Shown here: one piece after another, positions 53,301 through 62,300 of the stretch
Numbering within the stretch: position 1 is the first letter of the stretch
Layout of the letters: every line of letters begins with the position of its first letter
Source of the DNA: Clostridia bacterium
Lineage (GTDB): Bacteria > Bacillota > Clostridia > Christensenellales > UBA1242
Assembly: GCA_016297915.1 (NCBI GenBank)
Contig: JAEDFU010000006.1
Span: forward strand, 3,618 to 67,617
Reading direction: 5' to 3'
Length of the DNA stretch: 64,000 nucleotides
Notes under the pieces: model-generated
Databases searched by the model: none
What the model was told of the DNA's origin: nothing
What the model saw: the letters and a program-made list of their open reading frames with translations, nothing else
Made by a program: the position numbers and the translations under genes

Positions 53301-56300
53301 TTTTAATACCACTAATTGAGTATTTTTCGGAAATAATCTTGCCTTGGAAGTTATCAAATGGAATCCAAACATAAGAATTCAAATCAATATCAGAATCAAT
53401 ATAGATAACTGTATCAGCACTCTGAGCAATACTTGGAGTATTTGCAATATAAGCAAGTTGTTCTGCCTTGGTTACATGATATCCAGTCTTAGATACACCA
53501 TTGCGAGTAACTGTCGAAGGAGTAATTACCTCGGTATGTTGTCTCCAAGTCTCTGTTGTAAATACAAGAGTAATCTCTGTATTGTATTGCATGTAATTTA
53601 GATTTGTTTCTTCCCAGTTTTTGATTGAGAATACAAATATATTATCGTTATTTGAGGATTTAAAGTATAAATCATCTTCGGCAGATGCGGAGTTTACACC
53701 TTTTTTGGAGAAATACATCGAGTCTGCATTAGTGTACTTAGCACTAGCAGATGTAAATGTTGTATTATATCCACTGGTTGCCTTAATTACTATATAATTA
53801 GCAGATTGAGCAAGTAGTCCTGCTGTATCTCTTGTTATCTCGTTGGTGTCATTAGAATAAATTGTATCACCAAGAGTATAATTATTTGCCGCAGCTTCGG
53901 CAGTTTGTGCTTTGGAATATCCGATTTGGAAACTACCATTACCAAGAATTTTGACGATATCCTTGTTGGTTGTATTCAATTCGTAATCGGCAATAATCTC
54001 ATAAGTAGTGCCATTATGATCTGATGGAATAGTCATTGCGTATTCGAACAAACCATTTTGAGCTGTAAGACTTGTAGAGCCTGGCAAGTAGTCAGTAGCA
54101 CCTACTAACTTAAAGCCCTTGAACTGATAAGCACTCCTGCTTCGGATATCCTCAGCATGCAACTTAACTGTCTTGTAATCAGCACTTGTTGATTGAACTG
54201 TAGCAGTAATATTATTTGACTTAGTTGTTGCATTAGTTACATAGATTTTGTTACCTTGATAAGTTGTATTAACAACACCCTTGAAGTTATCTGATGTATT
54301 GACACCAACTGGGTCGATAGTGTCTTGCTCAATCTCAATGGTTGGTTGAGTAGACGCGTCCAAATAACCTGGACTAACTGTGAGCTTAACATTTCGTTTT
54401 TCCATGAAATATAGCGTCTCTCTCCAAAGATCTTTGGCTGTAGATATTGTTTTGGCAAAAGTTACTATATTACCCCCTGCAACTGTATAGTTATCTGGAT
54501 TGGTTGCACTACCATTGATGTATCCCAAAGAGTTAGAAGTTGCATCTACATTCAAATTTGTAAATGTTGTGATATTGTTGTATAGGTTGTCATATTGATC
54601 GTCATCCCAAGTAATCTTGATTGATGTGGTCTCACCAGCAAGTACATGGACATTGCGATAATAATAATCACCCTTAGCATCAATACTTGATGTATCTAGT
54701 GCATATTCGGTATCATCAACTACAAGTTTGATTGTTGCAGCATGGCCTGTACTAGCATTAGATAAGTAAGTACGGAATTCAATAGTATACTCTCTTACAA
54801 ACGAAGGAGTAATTGTTGCATCCTGGGTTACTGCAATCTTGGTTTGAAACTCTGTAGCGTTGCTAGTATCAGTAGAAACAAGTGTGTTGTTCTTATAATA
54901 AGATTCACGCGAATCTTTGTTGATTAACGAGCCATCGTAAACACCCTTAGAATAATTTTCGTAATTTACACCTTTTACAGTAAAGTGCGTTGTAACCAAT
55001 TCTGCTTTGCTTCCAGATGTGAATGTCACCTCGTGAGGAATATATCTCTCACTACTTTCTAGAGAATAATCTGGTGAATTAATAGAATAGATATATGGTG
55101 TAAGTGTAGTTGTAAACTTAAGACCAGTTGCACTATCAGTGCCATACACACCAAGAACATATGTTGGGCCTGTTGAATTATTATCTAACTCATAGGTGGC
55201 GGAAATATTTGATCCCCTGCCAATAGTATCTGTAGTTATGGATGTAAATGCATTGTATAGTCTAGAGAATTCAGTGTTGTTTACTGTTCCTGTAGAGGAA
55301 TTTACCCAACTGCTATAGCCAGCCTCATTGTAGTAAGGGATATTATTTGTATTTAGTTGATTGCTTGTAAATACAGTAGTAGCTGTTCCCTTGCCTGATG
55401 TTGGCTTGTTGAGAGTTATAAGCAAAATTGGATTGTATAGAAGTGTTACAGTTTCTGCAACTCTAATATTAGAAAATTCAAATGTAAGTACATCACCACT
55501 CTTGGATGTAGTGATTGGACTATTGCCACTCTTTCTTATTAGATTTTCGAATACATAGCCACGCTTGTAACTGTTTACATCATTTGCTGTATTAAATTTA
55601 GGTTCAATAACAGTATCAAATGTCTCAGAAACAGTTGTGCCATATCCAACAATCATTGTCTTACTATAAGTAAAACCACTTGAGTTCAAAGTATAACCTG
55701 CTTTGGTTGCAAATCTTGCTTGGAATGTCTCACCATTCAGCTCAAATGCTTGGTTATCGGCAGATTGAACATTGATAGTAATGGATATTGTATATGTAAA
55801 GTATGCAGATACCTTGATATCTTTGTTCTTTTGAACACCAACCGTCCCGTAATTACTATCAGTGTTAATTGCTGGATGCTCAATTGACTTGTTTGTAAGA
55901 GCGATGTTACCTGAGTTACATCCAGTTCCATTAGCAAGCTTATTTGCATCATAGCCATTATTCAATCCATTGTGGCTATAACCGTATATAGTATTGACAA
56001 TGTTTGTATTGCCAGCAAGTGGATAATAAGTGTTTTCGCCGTCTACTTTGTGAGTCTTGAACTTGTATGGACTGCTAACCTTGACAGATGTTACAAATGA
56101 AACAGAACCAAAGTAACCAATAAATCTGTCTGCGTCAGCAATTTCGGTGTAATTTTTGTTTGTATATTTGTTTGAACGATTATCTGTAGTAACAAGGGTC
56201 ATAAGGTCTTGTCCCTCAGTTAATCCAGTTAATGGGAATTCACTAGGAGTATACAATTCACCATTTTCTTTGCAGATACCATAGTAGAAACTATATGGTG

Positions 56301-59300
56301 TCTTTTTCTCAATAACTTTGGCTTGAATGCAATATGTCAAGTCAGTTGTATGATTTTCAAGGATGACAAACTTGTAATCAGCGTGCCAGTAAGTATTGCC
56401 AGATTCATCGGTAGTTTGATTGTAACCAAGTGACGAAACTGTTTCGTTAGCAGTAAATCCATTAAAGCACTCTGTACTAGTTATAGTTGAATATGGCTCA
56501 AAACCATTCTCAAGTCTTAGTTGCATCTTGACAGTATCATACATATCAACATAATTGCCAGTCAAGTCAGCCTGAGCTGTGCCAGAGTGATTTTGGCGTC
56601 CAGTAATGCCATTGTAAATTGACTTACTTGAGTCAGCATTGCTAAGAGTTAACCAGCCACCAGTATGACTTGCGTCATTATCATATCCAGCTTGAGATAT
56701 ATAGTTCTTTTCGGTAGCTTTGCTACTAAGCTTTAGCATTTGTACCAAATCAACATAGTATATTCCTGCTGTATCACTATTTACATTAAATGTATAAGTA
56801 ACATTTTGGAATGTATTGAGTGTAACGCCTGAAATAGTACTCTCGGTTTCATTCATCCAACGAGCCATTCGTACAATTCGGAATGGAGCGGATGCAATGG
56901 ATTGACTCTCACCATACTTAACCCCACCAAATGGCACATATGCATTGAGTGTGACTCTAGTGCCACTTACAAATTGAGTGGTATAGTACGAGTAAGAGAA
57001 TTTGCCGTTCTCGCTCTGCTTTGTCTTGTTTAGATGTACAAATGTTGGATTTGCCACATCTGCATTATACAAAGATAGGAAAACTTGAGAGTTGAAATCG
57101 TTGATACTTGTGTACAAGTTCTGAGCGGATGTACGAAGTCTATATACAATCTCTACAGCATATAGTTGATTTAATTTTATCTTAGCTGCAATATGATTTT
57201 GATTGTTAGAATCTAGATTTTGAGCAAAGTTATAATCAAATAATATGCCAGTAGTTGTAGTATAAACTTTGTTAGAAGCAGTTGTCACAAGTTTGTTACC
57301 AAATGTGCAAGTTCCTATATTATGTGTTTTGTGAGGATATATACCCTCTAGAGAGTATTCGGTTATAGTGCTTGCACTTCCATCGTACTTGAGATAAATT
57401 GTTGGGCTATCAATAAAGTTGGAGTTTTCTGCTGAACCACAACCAACATATAGATATCCATCAGTTCTAATTGGAATAACTTTGGTACATTCAGCATCAC
57501 TATACAAACTCACTTTGCCATAACAGCCGTTTGTACCTAGTGTAAATGTAACCTCACTAGTAGATTTTACTAGTCCTGATTGGTCAAGAGTAGATACAGT
57601 AAGTAGACTAGACTCTGTTCCGTCTAATTTGGCTAAGTTCAATACAACTGGTTTGGCTGTTGAGAAGAACGCAGTATAGTAAACATCATCATTGTTGCTA
57701 GAGGTTATTTTGGTTTCTATTTCAAAAACTGTTTCAGCTGTAGCATAATTCACCTGAGGAGTATCGTAATAAGCATTATCATAAGCAGCTTGAGGAGTAA
57801 AGAGTGAGTAATAAGTAGAATATTTGGACCTTAGATACCAATCACCATTAGTATTATAAGGCGAGTGTACTAGGCCATTTTCTGAATTGTAACTAGCGCT
57901 TGAATAACGATTATTGCCTTTAAGTTGTCCAAATGCATAGAATTTGTCCATACCATATGGTGCATTTGCATTAGCAGTTGCAGTTTGATCAAATGCAATA
58001 AGGTTAATTGTCCCACCCTCTTTGACAAAGATTGCCACAAAATTCAAATAGTTTTCGGAATCAGAAAATCCTGCAGAGGCTTGATTATTATTTCCTGAAG
58101 ATATATTGATGCTTCCTGCTGTTCGTCTGCCCTCTTGGTTGGAACCCGGACTTGTAATATTTACTCTATCCAAGTAAACCAAGTGATAATAATCAAAATT
58201 GACACTAAGGTTAAAGTTTGGACTTGTAGTAACATTGCTTAAGTCATTAGCAGAGATAACAAATTGAGCCTGAGAGCCAACATTTGGACGAACTTGGTTG
58301 TTATTTGTAGTAATCCATGGTGTTCCAGAAATCATACAGTTGTCATATGCTCCATTACTAAATGGTCCAACTGTTTCACTGCCAGAGCGTAAAGTGGCAC
58401 CAGCCATTCTAGCTTCGGATATGGCATAATATATGGAGTTTGTTTCAAATGTAATTGTATGTTCGTTGCCTGCAATGGCTTGGATTTCATATTCATATGT
58501 GCCATACGAATACTTGCCAGCAATATTTGCATAAATCTTTCCTACTAATGTAGAACCTTTTCTAATTTCATATGTCTCATATCCCTTTAGTTTGAGTGCC
58601 TCTAGGGTGATTCTTGAAATTGTAAGAGTTTCGGTACTAGCTGAGTAACCATCATGACGATTAACAAAACTTGATAGTGAAATTGTAAATAGTTTTGCGA
58701 ACCTATGTCTAAAGTTAACTGAATAATTGCTATCAATATAGCTTACATTTGCCTTGATATTAAACTCAACCCATTCGCTGTATGGTTTGTCAAAATTATC
58801 TGATCCGGTTGTAACTGCTCCGGTAGTAATATTTTGATAGCTAAACTGAGATATTGTAGATATTCCTGTAGAATTAGTCTCAGTTGCATTGAGTTTTTCG
58901 ACAATAATCCAGTTATTTGCAGATAATTCATCATAGTTATCTGTATCAGCCTTGATATATAGTTTAGTAAAGAATCCACAATCAAGTGTTGTATATGCTG
59001 TATCGTCTAATCCAGCAAACATAGATCCGCCATTGTAATCACTCGATGGAGTGTTAGTGGTAATCTTGGTTGCACTTTTGGTTGTACGATATCCAAGTGT
59101 TCCGTTAATGTATGATGCATAACTATTAGCATTACTTACACTTCGATAATTTAATGTAGCAGATTTTGCCCCAGTTGTACCTGATATAGATGTGGTTGAT
59201 GAATCATAAGCAAGTGTTGTGCTTAGGTTCAAAAGTCCAGTGTAGCAGTCTGTGCAAAGCGTATCACCACAACCATGACCAAATGTGTGAGTAAACACTT

Positions 59301-62300
59301 TTTCTTTGAGTGTAATTCTTATTGTAAATAGTTTGTTCTCATTAGCACCAGTCTTAATGAATTTATTATCTGTAAAATTGCTATCAGGAGAAGTGAAAAA
59401 CTGAGTATATTGAGTTGCAAGACTCTCTCCATCCAAAATCTCAAACTGAACAAACTGCCAACCGTATAGATTGTTGTCGGCATTCAATGCACCAGTTACA
59501 AACTTAAATCCAAATTTGTGTGCATTTTCTATTGCAGTTGTGGAGTTGCTTGTATTTGCTGATGAAAAGTATCTATACTTAGGATAAGTATTTTCGTCCG
59601 GAGTATTTATATTCGAAGATGAACGAGTTGTCTCTGTGATGTTAGAAACTACTCTTTGAACTTGGTCAGCTGTGAAATCTGCGTTATTGGATATAGCGTT
59701 GACAATTACTCTATAGGTATCTTCAAACGCATAATATTTTTGAGATGTAGCAGTTGCATCGCTAGAACTAGACGATATAATTGCACTAAGACTTGTGTAG
59801 TCACTAGAATTTAGCTTGGCTACATAACTGCCACTCTCGGTTACTAGTCTTACGCCTACACCATTATCGCTAAGGATTCCGGTGCCGGTGATAGCCGGAA
59901 GATTTGTTCCTTTGAGAATGTATGCGTCAGCTGTGCTGTTTAGAGTACTCGATGCACTTATTTGAATATGAATATTGTATTTAGCCTTGAAGTCACTTAG
60001 ATTTTCCACAACGCCAGAGCTAGCGGAACTTCTCTCAAAGAACAATCCCAAGTATTTGGCGGTGTCTGGGGTTGAAATCGTTTGAGACTTAGCATATGTA
60101 GTATTAGCGCCCGAAAGCACATTCATATTCTTGTCATAAGCCTTGACCAAAACTGAGTAATTGGTCATATTGCTTATAATTCTGTAAGTAAGTCCGCCCA
60201 CAATTGGTAGATAATCGTCCAAAGTAGGCGCAATTAGTTTTGTAGATGTAGCCTTGTATGTCAAGAACGAATTATTTGCAGTACTTATATAATTTAGATG
60301 ATAATCCGCAACAAATGTGTAAGTAACTGTGCTTTTGTCGATGTTTTCTACAAAATCATCAGTAATTGTATACCAAGTTGTGCCGTCTTGAGATACATAC
60401 AAGCCCTTGATATAAGCCGAACTTGTATTGTTTACAACAATCTTAACAATGTCCTTAAGCTCACCTAGGTCCACTGTTTTGCTATGTGTGCTTGTTCCAT
60501 TGCTTATAACTGCGCCGTCGGCTGTATAAACGCTAAATGCAGGAACAGTTGGAGCAACGACTCTAATATATCGAGCATTAAGAGTATTTGTAGCCCACTT
60601 AACAGGATTGTTTGTATTCGTCTTGACTACTGCTGTTTTGACAGTTTCGGTCATAATTGGTTCTATTTCCATATATGATGTAGAGCCAAAGAAATTGCTC
60701 TTGCCGTCTACTGCCTTGAAATTAAACTCAATAGTATTTTTGTCAGCACTAAGATTTGCTGTAAATATTTGCTCAAGAGCCTCCGCTGTAAATGTGTAAG
60801 CCTTAGGAACAACCCTAGTTGAAATTCCGTCGCTATAAATTTCGTATACAGTGTAGTTTGCCGAATCTTTTGTTATTGTATTAAAGTCCGAAGTCTTATA
60901 TACATACAACTTATAATACTTAACCTCGTATCCAGTAGCAGGACTAACTGTGCTAGTAATTTTGTCATATGCAGATGTTTTGTCTAGCGTATGACTGCTA
61001 AATCCATGGTTGCTAGGCAAAGCAAGTCCCCTAGATACAAGTTGAGCATTGGAAGATGCAGTTGCAAGTTTGACATAACTTACAAACTCACCCTCTATCA
61101 CAAACGAACTGCCTGTATAAGTTCCCTTGTAATTAATATTGCTTGCATTATAGAATGCTACATTACCAGCAACATATTCTGTATTGGATACCCCATTAAT
61201 CTTGGCAAGCTGTCTTACAAAGTTTGTATCTGGCGTGAATTGTGCCTCAAGGATTGAGTAGTAGTAAACTTTGAGAGCAGTACTAGTCGAAGTATAAACA
61301 GTATTGTTTGTACCCCTGGTATTGAGAGTAAGATTAGAACTGTTACTTGTATTTGAGCCGTATTTATCACCAATAGTAATCTGTCCTCTGCCTGTAATTT
61401 TGACAGATGAACTATTAGTAGAACCCGTTCCAAAAGTTTGGATTTCCTCAAATTGTGGTTCAATTTTAGACTGAACCTTGATGCTATTTGTATTCAAATA
61501 CTGAGCTTTGTTGAGGGTTACTTCAAATGTTATTGTATTTCCACTTATAGTTGGTTTTACTGGAGGAATAGTAGCAAGTGTTGTGCCACTATCTGTATAA
61601 GTTGTAGTACCAATCTTGACACCATTGTACTTGTAACCAGCACGCATAGTGATAGTTACTGTAACCACTAGGTTTTTGTTGGTATCAGTATCAGCCAAAT
61701 CATATGTCCAGGAATAACCAGAGTGATTTTGAGGAGCTTTGGTTGAAGTATCACCGTCAAGCAAGGCATTTATAGATATATTCTCAATTGGATTTAGTGT
61801 AGTTAATTTGAGAGCATTTGCTTGAGCAGAATATGCCGTAGTATTTCCCTCAAAATTAAGTGTGATGTATGGAGCATAAGTAAATTGCATTGTAGAAATT
61901 GCATTGCTTGACTTGTGTCCATATTTAGATAGAGGCTGAGCTGTGCCAATAACTGGTCTATTGTTGAATGTAATATCTTTGGCATCAAGTGATGTGTCGC
62001 CGGTTGCTTCAATGCTTATAAGGATATTATCATAAGCGGCGTCGTCTAGGTTATCACCTCTTGTAACTTCGATATAGTTGCCATATACGGTCTCTATAAT
62101 GTATGTAACTTTGTTTGCAGAGCCTGCATATCCCCCATCTGTGGTTTGGTCAGAACCTTTGAGAGTGATACTGGCTATTTTTATCGAACTACCCGATGGA
62201 TAGATCTTCTTGCCGACTAGTCCTGATGATTGACTTGAATATTGTTGAGCTAGTTTTATGTCAGTACCTGTATCGCCTTGCATTACAGTACCTGTATTGT

